The translations under genes and the position numbers were made by a program. Below are positions 8,706-17,930 of a stretch of DNA of 64,000 bases, one piece after another. The DNA lies in the IMG/VR virus record IMGVR_UViG_3300042010_000106, positions 62,001 to 126,000 of that record; one strand, 5' to 3'. The notes beneath the pieces are model-generated. The model was not told where the DNA came from. It saw only the letters and a list, made by a program, of their open reading frames with translations, and ran no database searches. Position 1 is the stretch's first letter; every line of letters begins with the position of its first letter.

Positions 8706-10709
8706 ATGAAAAACTTTTCTGTTTTCGGTAAAGCAGTTCACAGCGCCTACGCCACCATTCTGCAAAACGACGCAGGCCGTAAGGATTCCGTTTTCGTGGT
8801 GGACATTACCGGCGACGAATTGTGGGCGCACTATCTCGCATCTTTCCCGGAAGGCACCAACCCGATTTTCCGCACGCGCACTGAATACGATTGTTCGTGC
8901 TGCCGCAACTTCATCAAAAACATCGGCGCGGTTGTCAGTATCAAAGACGGCAAGTTGCAATCGGTTTGGGATATCGAAATCGACGACGAACTTTTCCAGA
9001 CCATCGCCGATTCCATGTCGAAGCTCGTAAAGTCGCTGAACATTGCTGCACCTTTCATGGTGAGCGAACCGGCGTACGGCGCTGAAGTGACCCACCACAA
9101 AGACGAAACGTGGCACCACTTCCACGCAAAAGTGCCAACCATTTTCATGTGGAAGCACAACGAAAGCAATTACATTGGCGAGCGCAAAAACGACTTCGAA
9201 GGTTTGAAGCGTTCGATCAAAGAAATCGACAACGATGCAATTGAACAAGTGGCCGATTTGATCGACCAAGATTCGCTGCACAAAGGCCCGGAATACAAAG
9301 GCAAAGTTGACCTGCTGCGTAAGCTGAAAGCGGCGTACGAGAAACTGAAAACCAAACGCGCACGTGAACTGTTTCTGTGGGCGAACGCCAAGCCGGGTAC
9401 GCGTATTCACAGCACCGTTATCGGTACGCTGTTGGTTGATCTTTCGACCGGTGAAGACCTCGAAATCGCCGTGAAGAAATTCGAAGACAAAGTGAGCGGC
9501 ACCAACTTCAAACGTTCGAAAGCGCTGGTCACTCAAAAGATGATCGACGAAGCGCAAAAGCTCGTTGAAAAGTTGGGCATCGAAGATTCGCTCGCACGTC
9601 GTTTTGCAGTGCGCGAAGATATCAGCGTTAACGACGTTCTGTTCGTTGATGGTTCGGTGAAAAAGAAACTGCTGGGCGGTGCGTTCGACTCGATCAAACC
9701 AACCAAGAAAAACGTTCCTGTTCTGACGGACTTGATCGAAGATATCAGCATCAAAGATTTCCTGAGCAAAGTTCTGCCGAAAGCGGATACGGTCGAAGTG
9801 TTTGTGCAGAATGAACATCAACCAACTTTCGTTTCGCTGATTGCCCCGGTGAATGCCGATTCGAAACCGCTGTTCAAATGGGATAACGGTTTTTCGTGGG
9901 CGTACACTGGTGACGCTACTGAATCCATCCGTGAGCGTGTGAAGAAAGCAGGCGGCAAAGTTGACGGCGATATTCGTATTTCGCTGTCGTGGCACAACGC
10001 AACCGACCTCGATCTGAGCCTGCACAAAAACGGCGCGCACATTTACTACCACAACCGTAATGAGTTCGGCGCTACGCTCGACCTCGACATGAACGGTATC
10101 GACAAGAAAGATTCCGTTGCACCGGTAGAAAACATTGTGTGGCCGCGTCTGGCAAATGCACAACCGGGTACGTACTCGATTGTTGTGCACAACTATGCCA
10201 CACGTGCGACCGCCAACGTCGGCTTTGAAGTTGAAGTCGAAGTGATGGGCAAGCTGTACAGCTACGAAAATGCGAAAGGTTTGCGCGACAACGAGAAAGT
10301 GAAAATCGGCGAAGTAATTATCGCGAAAGGTGGCGAAGTTACTGTCGTTGGTTTGACCGAAGGTGGAGCGTCCAATGAGAAATGGGGCGTGCACACCGAG
10401 ACTTGGACGCCGGTTGATTTGATCACCCGTTCGCCAAACTTCTGGAACGATCAGAAGATCGGTCACGAACACATTTTCTTCATGCTGAAAAATTGCGTAC
10501 GTGATGATAGCGCACGCGGTTTCTACAACGAATACCTGCGTGATGATTTGAATACGCATCGCAAAGTGTTCGAAGTAGTTGGTGCGCAAATGCGTGTGGC
10601 TCCGAACGACCAGCAACTGAGCGGCCTTGGTTTCTCGATCACCAAGCGTGACGAAATCAAAGTGCGCGTGAAGGGTGCGACTAACCGCGTTCTGAACGTG
10701 AAGTTTTAA
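8706..10709 (+). CDS. large conserved phage protein with N-terminal CSCC motif and C-terminal YfaP/DUF2135-like domain
   Basis: YDCSCCRNF; DIRISLSWHNATDLDL...IYY...LDLDMN...VENIVW...GTYSIVVHNY. Confidence 0.75.
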   Translation: MKNFSVFGKAVHSAYATILQNDAGRKDSVFVVDITGDELWAHYLASFPEGTNPIFRTRTEYDCSCCRNFIKNIGAVVSIKDGKLQSVWDIEIDDELFQTIADSMSKLVKSLNIAAPFMVSEPAYGAEVTHHKDETWHHFHAKVPTIFMWKHNESNYIGERKNDFEGLKRSIKEIDNDAIEQVADLIDQDSLHKGPEYKGKVDLLRKLKAAYEKLKTKRARELFLWANAKPGTRIHSTVIGTLLVDLSTGEDLEIAVKKFEDKVSGTNFKRSKALVTQKMIDEAQKLVEKLGIEDSLARRFAVREDISVNDVLFVDGSVKKKLLGGAFDSIKPTKKNVPVLTDLIEDISIKDFLSKVLPKADTVEVFVQNEHQPTFVSLIAPVNADSKPLFKWDNGFSWAYTGDATESIRERVKKAGGKVDGDIRISLSWHNATDLDLSLHKNGAHIYYHNRNEFGATLDLDMNGIDKKDSVAPVENIVWPRLANAQPGTYSIVVHNYATRATANVGFEVEVEVMGKLYSYENAKGLRDNEKVKIGEVIIAKGGEVTVVGLTEGGASNEKWGVHTETWTPVDLITRSPNFWNDQKIGHEHIFFMLKNCVRDDSARGFYNEYLRDDLNTHRKVFEVVGAQMRVAPNDQQLSGLGFSITKRDEIKVRVKGATNRVLNVKF

Positions 10710-10760
10710 CTGTAAAGATCAACCGCAACACAAACACTCTCTTAAATAAATAGGTGCTTT

Positions 10761-11165
10761 ATGACTACCGTAACTACCAACATTTTCGAACAAGCTTCGC
10801 GTACCAAACTGCGTATCAATACCACTATCGGCAACCTGAGCGTTGAAGACCTGTGGGAACTGCCACTGACCAGCGCGAACAAAGTAAACCTCGATGCAAT
10901 CGCGGTTGACCTGAATCGCCAAATCAAGGCCACCGCAGAAGAAAGCTTCGTGAAGTCGGCGAAGAAAGACGAAGTGCTGCAACTGCGTTTCGACATCGTG
11001 AAGCACATCATCGAAACCCGCGTTGAAGAAAACAAAGCGAAGACCGAACTGAAACAACGCGAATCGCAACTGAGCAAAATCGACGATATCATCGCCAAGA
11101 AGAAAGACGCGGCGCTGGAAAATCTGTCGCTGGAAGAGCTGGAAAAACTGCGCGCTGGTGTTTAA
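10761..11165 (+). CDS. conserved phage coiled-coil protein, usual partner of the upstream gene
   Basis: IFEQASRTKLR...GNLSVEDLWELPL motif that I recall from large phages. Confidence 0.75.
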   Translation: MTTVTTNIFEQASRTKLRINTTIGNLSVEDLWELPLTSANKVNLDAIAVDLNRQIKATAEESFVKSAKKDEVLQLRFDIVKHIIETRVEENKAKTELKQRESQLSKIDDIIAKKKDAALENLSLEELEKLRAGV

Positions 11166-11179
11166 CGCGTAAAACAGTT

Positions 11180-11214
11180 TGCACGTTCTGTTCAAAGACG
11201 TGCACCTTTATTTT
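11180..11214 (+). terminator. probable intrinsic terminator
   Basis: TGCACGT...ACGTGCA stem followed by CCTTTATTTT. Confidence 0.5.
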
Positions 11215-11245
11215 CTGTACCCTCCCTTTTATTTTGAGGCGCATC

Positions 11246-11485
11246 ATGGAATTACCAAATGCTTACGGCCCTAATGTGTTCATGCACGATGGTGAAGAAC
11301 ATACGATGGAACGCACGCCGGGTTCGTTCAAAATCTGGACGAACAAAGACGGCGACGATACGTTTCACATGGTTGATTTTTCCGATGGCTGCTATCGCGC
11401 AGACATGCCTGTAAGTCTGGAAACGCTGAAAGCCATGCGAGCTGAAATTGACCGCTACGTTACCGAGGCAGAAAAGAATGGCTGA
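11246..11485 (+). CDS. hypothetical protein
   Basis: GAGG RBS. Confidence 0.65.
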   Translation: MELPNAYGPNVFMHDGEEHTMERTPGSFKIWTNKDGDDTFHMVDFSDGCYRADMPVSLETLKAMRAEIDRYVTEAEKNG

Positions 11486-11960
11486 GTTCATTCACAAGAT
11501 TGACGAAATGAAACTGAAGTTCATGCGCCAGAAATTGGGTGACGTGACTTTGGAAGATTGTGTAGCGTTGGCACAACAAGCTGAAGGTTATTTAGAATTC
11601 ATGCCTGTCACTGACCCGGCTTGGCAGCACTTCACCGCCGAGCGCTATCAGTGGTGGCGTTATGCGTGGTTGATTTCCAGCGAGACGGGATTAGTAGACC
11701 TCACGTCTCCGCACGTAAAGTTTCGCACTTTCCTTGTGGGGTTTCCGAAGAAGCAACCAAATCTCGATGATTGCATTTACCGCGATTGGTTGAGGGCGAA
11801 AGAGGAAACAGAAATCACGGTGGAGTTCGCGGTTTATATGCCGGTGTATCTGCGTGACAATGAAATTGTTAGCTACGCCATCGACATGTACCACAAGTGC
11901 TGCAACATTAACGGTCGCCTGCAAAATATCGAAATGCTGGAAACCGAAACTGAAAACTAA
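11478..11960 (+). CDS. hypothetical protein
   Basis: overlaps upstream stop. Confidence 0.65.
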   Translation: MAEFIHKIDEMKLKFMRQKLGDVTLEDCVALAQQAEGYLEFMPVTDPAWQHFTAERYQWWRYAWLISSETGLVDLTSPHVKFRTFLVGFPKKQPNLDDCIYRDWLRAKEETEITVEFAVYMPVYLRDNEIVSYAIDMYHKCCNINGRLQNIEMLETETEN

Positions 11961-11970
11961 GGACAATGAT

Positions 11971-12249
11971 ATGTATCGCGACGAAGTAGGTGAACACGAA
12001 GAATTTTTCATCAACGTGTTTTGCAGCCGTGGGCAAATTCGCACTGACAATGGAACACAGGGCATCGACGATTTCAAATCGTTGTTCGACGCAGAAGGCG
12101 CGTTGAAACCTGAATACATGGAATGTATCGGGCGTTACATGATTCGCATGACCCCGGCCTGTTACACGGACGCATGCCGTTTGTTTTACGGTAGCGAAAT
12201 GCAACGCATCACCGGCACACCTGCCACCAAAATGTGGAGCAGCAAATGA
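11971..12249 (+). CDS. hypothetical protein
   Basis: TAAGGA RBS. Confidence 0.6.
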   Translation: MYRDEVGEHEEFFINVFCSRGQIRTDNGTQGIDDFKSLFDAEGALKPEYMECIGRYMIRMTPACYTDACRLFYGSEMQRITGTPATKMWSSK

Positions 12250-13019
12250 GCGCGCATTGTGTTGAACGTCACGGCAACGTTTTCTATTACGAAGGCACTC
12301 CCGGCGACCACGTTAGCAATAACATCAAGCAAGTGATTGCAGACCTGCAAGAAAAGCACGCTGCAATGCTTTTGAAATTCGTGATGGTCAAAGGTTCTGC
12401 TGAGCCTGTCGATTTGACCGGCATTCTGAAGTTCAACGGTAAAGAAATTCCCATGACGCGTATGTCGAATTGGGAACACGTGGAACAAGAATGGCACCGC
12501 CTGTGTGATGAAGAATCGGAACGCTGGCGCGCAAGCCCCGAGGGCATCGCCTACGCCGCCGAACGCGAAGCAGCGCGGGTAGCACGTCAAGAAGAAATGA
12601 ACGTGCTGTGGCCGAAGCTACAGGCGGTGCTACAGGAATATATCGACCTGAAGCCCGACGAAGGTGTGCAGCCGACCGGCACCGTCGCCGTTGCCCTGTT
12701 CGATTTGCTGGCCCCGTACATTCTGCTTTCCGATTGGAGCAACATCGAAACGTACCGGAAAGAATGCGTGGAATTGCTGAAGCAGTGCAATTACAAATCC
12801 GGTGAATATATCGGCCCTGCTGAATTGATCGACAGCGGTTACAAACAACGCGCTTTCATTGCCGGTCGATTGATCAGCGATTTCGAACAAGCGGGTTGCT
12901 TCCAACCGATTCTGGAACACATGATCATCAAAGCGCAGTTGAATACGCACAATCCAATTCCGTACAAACCTGCTGTTCGACCACCGCGTGGCAAAAGCCC
13001 TTTCGACACGGAACAATAA
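12246..13019 (+). CDS. hypothetical protein
   Basis: ATGA overlap, long ORF. Confidence 0.7.
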   Translation: MSAHCVERHGNVFYYEGTPGDHVSNNIKQVIADLQEKHAAMLLKFVMVKGSAEPVDLTGILKFNGKEIPMTRMSNWEHVEQEWHRLCDEESERWRASPEGIAYAAEREAARVARQEEMNVLWPKLQAVLQEYIDLKPDEGVQPTGTVAVALFDLLAPYILLSDWSNIETYRKECVELLKQCNYKSGEYIGPAELIDSGYKQRAFIAGRLISDFEQAGCFQPILEHMIIKAQLNTHNPIPYKPAVRPPRGKSPFDTEQ

Positions 13020-13020
13020 A

Positions 13021-13308
13021 ATGATTCACTCTAGCCTGAAACGCGCAAGCATTGCCGACGCCTTGCAAGCGATCAAGACCGCAATTAACGGTCGCATTAT
13101 TTCGCACATGTCCGAGGCTGATTTGCGACCGAGCGAAATGGCGCAAACAATGATGACGGATTTGATTACGATCCAACGTCTGACTGCTTATCAGCTCGAC
13201 GGCTACACCGTTGACGATATGGTTGCTTACGTAATGCGTCTCGGCTACGTTGCGCAAACCGCCTGTGACCAAGACGGAAAATTGACCTTCACTTTCTCCA
13301 AGGCGTAA
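13021..13308 (+). CDS. XRE/HigA2-like (HTH_37-type) helix-turn-helix protein
   Basis: KTAINGRIISHMSEADLRPSEMAQTM...IQRL...LDGYTVDDMVAYVMRLG pattern. Confidence 0.55.
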   Translation: MIHSSLKRASIADALQAIKTAINGRIISHMSEADLRPSEMAQTMMTDLITIQRLTAYQLDGYTVDDMVAYVMRLGYVAQTACDQDGKLTFTFSKA

Positions 13309-13310
13309 TC

Positions 13311-13652
13311 ATGAAATTCAATATGGATGCAGCACGCGCCAAATTCGGCCAGTGGCTGATTGTTTCGATTATCTCCGGCAATACCAAAGCAGACCCGGAA
13401 GCAGAACAACGCTTTGACCAGTTGATCAACGCGCCGGGTTACGACAGCTCCAAGCTCGACCTGAAGTTGATGGTCAACGGTCTGCCATTCGATTTGATGG
13501 ACGACACCCTTGAGGCAGTCGAAAAACATATCGACGACGAAATTGAAGAGCGTTCGCGGGCTTCGGCGTTAGCCATCAAGAAAATGGAAGCGCTGAAAAT
13601 TCTGCTGGACATGGGCGAAGAGGATATCGAGGAATTCCTCAATGGCGCTTGA
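13311..13652 (+). CDS. hypothetical protein
   Basis: packed ORF. Confidence 0.65.
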   Translation: MKFNMDAARAKFGQWLIVSIISGNTKADPEAEQRFDQLINAPGYDSSKLDLKLMVNGLPFDLMDDTLEAVEKHIDDEIEERSRASALAIKKMEALKILLDMGEEDIEEFLNGA

Positions 13653-13872
13653 TGAACTGTCGCGAAAACGGAACGCTAACATTGTTAGAACCGTTCGCGA
13701 AGAATTGAAAATCACACAGCAACAAGCAACGGCAATTTTCGGTGGTGGGCCTAACGCATTCTACCGGTATGAGAAAGGGCAAGAAGCCGTACCGCAACCC
13801 CTGTTAATTCTCATGCAGCTTTTGCAAAAACATCCTGAGCTTTTCTATCAAATAAAACTCCAACGTGTGTAG
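13642..13872 (+). CDS. mqsA: orphan MqsA-like antitoxin, C-terminal HTH domain only
   Basis: IVRTVREELKITQQQATAIFGGGPNAFYRYEKG...LLQKHPELF vs MqsA IVKVRKKLSLTQKEASEIFGGGVNAFSRYEKG...VLDKHPELL; no Zn-ribbon domain, no toxin nearby. Confidence 0.85.
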   Translation: MALDELSRKRNANIVRTVREELKITQQQATAIFGGGPNAFYRYEKGQEAVPQPLLILMQLLQKHPELFYQIKLQRV

Positions 13873-13875
13873 GTG

Positions 13876-14187
13876 ATGACCATGGCAATCAGTATGGTGG
13901 CGACCGACGCGGAAGGGAACGAAATTGATTACGGCCTGCTGTTCGAACGGACTGGCGGTGAAATCAAATACGATCCTTGGTACACCGATGTAAACAACGA
14001 AGAGGTTCAGAATATTCTGCGCCAGTTCTTCGACGGTAGCGGCAGTGTGACTCCGATTGTTTCTGCAACTCTGAAAGCTTTCATTGAGCGTCACGATTTC
14101 AAATTCGATGACGACATTGTGAAGCTGTACTACGGCATCATTGCCCGTGGTGCCGGTGGTGAACCTGTCGAAGCAATGTGGCGATGA
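13876..14187 (+). CDS. hypothetical protein
   Basis: packed ORF. Confidence 0.65.
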   Translation: MTMAISMVATDAEGNEIDYGLLFERTGGEIKYDPWYTDVNNEEVQNILRQFFDGSGSVTPIVSATLKAFIERHDFKFDDDIVKLYYGIIARGAGGEPVEAMWR

Positions 14188-14881
14188 TGCGTGACGTGGT
14201 TGTCTTGGATTCTGTTAGCGGGGAGCTGAAAGAAACCAAAGTTTGTGTCAACCCTTCTACGCAACTCTCAAACATTTGCAATCCGATTATCATCCGTGCC
14301 GACGTGCACGGCTTAGCAATGCCTCAACTGCTTTTGAAAAAACCGAAAACGAATTTTCATGCAGGCACGCGGAACGGCATGCCGCTGAAACGTCGGAAAT
14401 AAAAGGTCATTCAATCCTGTCAGCGAATTATTTGGACTGACAACGTACATGGGGTACACAACCAAAACACTAACCTGTTTAACGAGCCTACGGGCTTAAA
14501 GAGAAAAGTATGATTCTTCTACTCGACAAAGAAATGGAAGACTACCTAAAAGCTGCATACGATGCGGGAGTCACGGCTGGTCTGTATGATGATGCGTATG
14601 ACATCGGCACACGGGACAAGTCAATTGCACCGCTCATGGAAACCATCAAGTCTAGATCGGTAATTATTGATGTTCACGTATCTACTCAACACAAAAAGAA
14701 AAGCTAAATGGTTGATCTTCACGTCAGCCATTTACGTACTGGTTTCGTTCTATTTTGTTTTCTTCGTAGAGAGCGGCTGGTACGACAACAAAGAAATAAT
14801 CCAGATAGTCTGGCTCGCCATCACGTCAACGCCTCTGTGGATTCGTCCGCTTGGCAATTGGGTTTTTGAGAGAGGTGTAAA

Positions 14882-15286
14882 ATGTTCAAATTCGACTACG
14901 AAAAATTAGCGGAGTTTCTACCCGGCTCGTTCATGCCGACTGACGAAACCCTGACCCGCATCGAACAGTACATGAACGAAGCGCACGTGCACACGTTGCC
15001 TGTATACCCGGATGCACCTGAAAAGGTCTACTTCAATCCGCAAAAGTTCCGCAAAATGACGTTCGCGGATTTGGTTGAGTGTGCTGGCAAATACGTGCTG
15101 CAACGTCAAGTGTGGATTCCAATCGACGGCAGCAAGTTTTCCAATTCGTGGTACGCCGCAGAATCCACGTATGCGTTGTCTGAAGAAGTACGCGCTGACC
15201 ACGCAAAGCTAGGCGTAAAACTGGTTCGTTACGAATGCGAAAACGATCCTGCTTTTGAATTCAACAACTGCATGAGGTTGCCATGA
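14882..15286 (+). CDS. hypothetical protein
   Basis: GAGG RBS. Confidence 0.7.
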   Translation: MFKFDYEKLAEFLPGSFMPTDETLTRIEQYMNEAHVHTLPVYPDAPEKVYFNPQKFRKMTFADLVECAGKYVLQRQVWIPIDGSKFSNSWYAAESTYALSEEVRADHAKLGVKLVRYECENDPAFEFNNCMRLP

Positions 15287-15519
15287 CAACTACTGTTGAA
15301 CAAATAGAAGACATGATCGGAAAGCAGATTCAAGAAGTCATTTGGTTCAAAGCGCCGGGTGACACTGTTGTTGACGTGAGCCTGTCGGTTATCACGAAAG
15401 CAATTGAAGCTGCCGAAACGTATCACGATCTAAACGAAATTCTCGACACGCTCGACATTCCATATTGCTATGTGAATGTGCTGGGCGCTGTTGGACATCT
15501 GAACCGCTGGAGTACCTAA
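15283..15519 (+). CDS. hypothetical protein
   Basis: ATGA overlap. Confidence 0.6.
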   Translation: MTTTVEQIEDMIGKQIQEVIWFKAPGDTVVDVSLSVITKAIEAAETYHDLNEILDTLDIPYCYVNVLGAVGHLNRWST

Positions 15520-15520
15520 A

Positions 15521-15787
15521 ATGGCCCGCGCATTTTTCGACAAAGACCCGAACGCTAATCTGGAAAACGGTGTGCTGTATCACGCTGCCGGTTTGGTAGA
15601 TAGCAACCACATGATCAACGATGAACCGTCGATCAGCGGCAAAGACTACGCCGTTACGTTCATTGATCCTTGGGGCCAGTTGCAACACGCTTGGCGCGCC
15701 AAAGGTGACATCGTTACGTACGAACTGTGCGAAGGTGATGCACAGATTCTACAAGCCGCTTTTGACGCACTGGAAACAAAACCATGA
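15521..15787 (+). CDS. hypothetical protein
   Basis: GGAG RBS. Confidence 0.65.
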   Translation: MARAFFDKDPNANLENGVLYHAAGLVDSNHMINDEPSISGKDYAVTFIDPWGQLQHAWRAKGDIVTYELCEGDAQILQAAFDALETKP

Positions 15788-16170
15788 TTGACTTTGAAAG
15801 ACTGCATTCGTTTCTGCCGGTCTATGCGTACGAATACGAAACCATTGGTGAGACGGTAGACGAAATCACCTATTGGTATCCGCACCAACATCCGGTGGGA
15901 ACGAAACCGCCTGAAGGTTGGACGCGCATTGACCGTGCCGACGAATTCACCCCTGCGCAGTATGCAGCGTTGAAAGCGTTCGAAGAATCGCAATGGTTTC
16001 CGGCAACCGTGGAACCAGAAGAGGAAGCCACTTATATCGTGGAGCTGAATGGCGTTGCAACGAGTGCGTATTTCCGCAAACAAATTCTGTTTGATAGTTG
16101 GGATCAAGGTTGGATCAAGCTCGGAAAATCCGTAGCACCAACACGCTGGCGCCATTTCCCGAAACTGTAA
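15784..16170 (+). CDS. hypothetical protein with DUF551-like C-terminus
   Basis: WFPATVEPEE...W...PTRWRHFPKL. Confidence 0.55.
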   Translation: MIDFERLHSFLPVYAYEYETIGETVDEITYWYPHQHPVGTKPPEGWTRIDRADEFTPAQYAALKAFEESQWFPATVEPEEEATYIVELNGVATSAYFRKQILFDSWDQGWIKLGKSVAPTRWRHFPKL

Positions 16171-16182
16171 AGGTTACTCACG

Positions 16183-16383
16183 ATGTCGTACACCAGAATA
16201 CTTTGCATGTTCGTAGTGCCGTTTTTCATTATCCAGATGATGGCAACCGCTTCAACCGTTCCAAGACCGTGGGTGCTGGAATATTTCGGCACTCACACAA
16301 ATTTCGCATTGGTTAGTACCGTGATGTTGCTCGTTTTAGCATTTTCCACGAACTGGCTTTGCCGACGATACAAAAAGCGATAA
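16183..16383 (+). CDS. small 2-TM membrane protein
   Basis: two hydrophobic helices, basic tail. Confidence 0.6.
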   Translation: MSYTRILCMFVVPFFIIQMMATASTVPRPWVLEYFGTHTNFALVSTVMLLVLAFSTNWLCRRYKKR

Positions 16384-16411
16384 CCAAAAATTTAGGACAA
16401 GGAAATATCCC

Positions 16412-17044
16412 ATGCGCACTATCGAAGCAGCACGCCGCGTTACCAAGACCGAAGAAAATTGCGATGACATTCCGCATCTGGATCGCGCTATCGCCCGGCT
16501 GTTTGAAATCGACAGTATCGAATACAATCCGAAGTGGGGTAACTGGTCTGGTGAATATCCAGAACGTGCCCGCCTGAAAGGCTATTGGATTAACAAGTGG
16601 ATGTGCACCGATACGCACGTGGGTGAAATGGCGTATTTCCTTGATGATGAACTGGTGTTTACTTGCGAACAAACCGCACGTAAAGACAATGCGTACCTGT
16701 ACTTCGTTGATCAGGCCGCGTACGACAAAGTAAAAGTTTTCATCGACCAATACCGTCTGCCTGACGAACTGGATGCGCCTGAATTTATCGGCGACCAAGA
16801 AACGAAAGACGAAATCAAACACAAATATGCTGATAGCTGCCTGCATCGTGTTGGCATGTATCAAGATCGCGAAGTTAAAGTCGGTCACATTCCGTACGAC
16901 ATTCGCCGCGATCTGAATCTGCCCGGTTGCGAATCTGATTTTTTCTACAGCCTGTTCCCGTACGTTTATATTTATGACAACGACGTTCGCTCGATTGTAA
17001 ATATCAGCGAACTCACTTTCTGTCTGCACATCGACGGTAAATAA
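16412..17044 (+). CDS. conserved phage hypothetical protein (WxCTDTxVG motif)
   Basis: YWINKWMCTDTHVGEMAYFLDDE. Confidence 0.7.
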   Translation: MRTIEAARRVTKTEENCDDIPHLDRAIARLFEIDSIEYNPKWGNWSGEYPERARLKGYWINKWMCTDTHVGEMAYFLDDELVFTCEQTARKDNAYLYFVDQAAYDKVKVFIDQYRLPDELDAPEFIGDQETKDEIKHKYADSCLHRVGMYQDREVKVGHIPYDIRRDLNLPGCESDFFYSLFPYVYIYDNDVRSIVNISELTFCLHIDGK

Positions 17045-17046
17045 TC

Positions 17047-17442
17047 ATGAAAGGTAAAATCAGTATTTCACGCCGCAACGATGGTGTGATTACGTTAAGC
17101 GTTATTGACAACGCATGCGGGCGCACCATTGTGGCGGTTGAAATGAGTCCGCAAACCCTCGGCGAATGTTTGACCGGGGCCGCACGTCTTGACGTAGATT
17201 TCGAACTGTCGAATCTCGAATTCATGGGCAAGACAAAAGAACTCAAAACCGTATGGTTGAAAGATCGCGGTAAGAAAGGCCCGCGCCTGTCCAAAGCCGA
17301 CGTGGCTGAAGGATGGGAAGCGTGGAGCGGTTACGGTAATCACCATTACAGCGAAGAGCGCAACGGCGTTGCAGGCTACAAGGTTTCGCTTGCACGTTAC
17401 GTTGAAACTCCCGATGTTTTCGAAATGGAAGAAGAGCAATGA
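17047..17442 (+). CDS. hypothetical protein
   Basis: packed ORF. Confidence 0.7.
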   Translation: MKGKISISRRNDGVITLSVIDNACGRTIVAVEMSPQTLGECLTGAARLDVDFELSNLEFMGKTKELKTVWLKDRGKKGPRLSKADVAEGWEAWSGYGNHHYSEERNGVAGYKVSLARYVETPDVFEMEEEQ

Positions 17443-17924
17443 AACAGCAAGAAGAAAAGAAATCGAAACTTTGCTACGAAGACCAACAGGCCGTTGCATA
17501 TGCTTTGTACGACGCAGGGTTTCCGCCTGAGTGGAGTAGCAACATTGCAGAAATGCTGACCGCTGGTTACACCTGCAACGAATATGGTTCGTTTGTTTAT
17601 CCTCTTTCTCTGTACGATGACGGCACCGTTGTCGAGTGGGAAAAGGTGAAGGCTGCAAACAAACAAATCGCACTTGAAAACGACGCACCGAATTTCTATG
17701 AAGCCGATTTGGAAAACATGGCGTTCGGCGATTACGTGCGCTTCAACAGCACGGTTTTCGAAGCAGTTGCCGTACCGAAAAACAGCCGTGAAAACAACAT
17801 CGGTTTCGTTTCGATGGATCAGCAATACTGCATCGCTACGCCGACCTACTCTTCGTGCAGTCTGGAAATGTGGAAGACTGTGCAAGAATTCAAAAACGCT
17901 ATCGTCAAAGATTTGCGGGGCTAA
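17439..17924 (+). CDS. hypothetical protein
   Basis: ATGA overlap. Confidence 0.7.
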   Translation: MKQQEEKKSKLCYEDQQAVAYALYDAGFPPEWSSNIAEMLTAGYTCNEYGSFVYPLSLYDDGTVVEWEKVKAANKQIALENDAPNFYEADLENMAFGDYVRFNSTVFEAVAVPKNSRENNIGFVSMDQQYCIATPTYSSCSLEMWKTVQEFKNAIVKDLRG

Positions 17925-17930
17925 ATTTCC

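Noticed and set aside
8670-10616. 648-aa minus-strand ORF (and similar ones at 1692-2723, 50213-51268, 53585-54928)
   Set aside because: Antisense shadows of codon-biased + strand genes, with no RBS or motifs; all credible genes are on the + strand.
13021-13872. Complete toxin-antitoxin operon
   Set aside because: Neighbouring ORFs show no RelE/HigB/MqsR-like features that I can recognise.
14403-14509. Possible small ncRNA in the intergenic gap
   Set aside because: Only a weak TGTCAG/CTGACA stem, with no promoter, terminator or family features to support a call.
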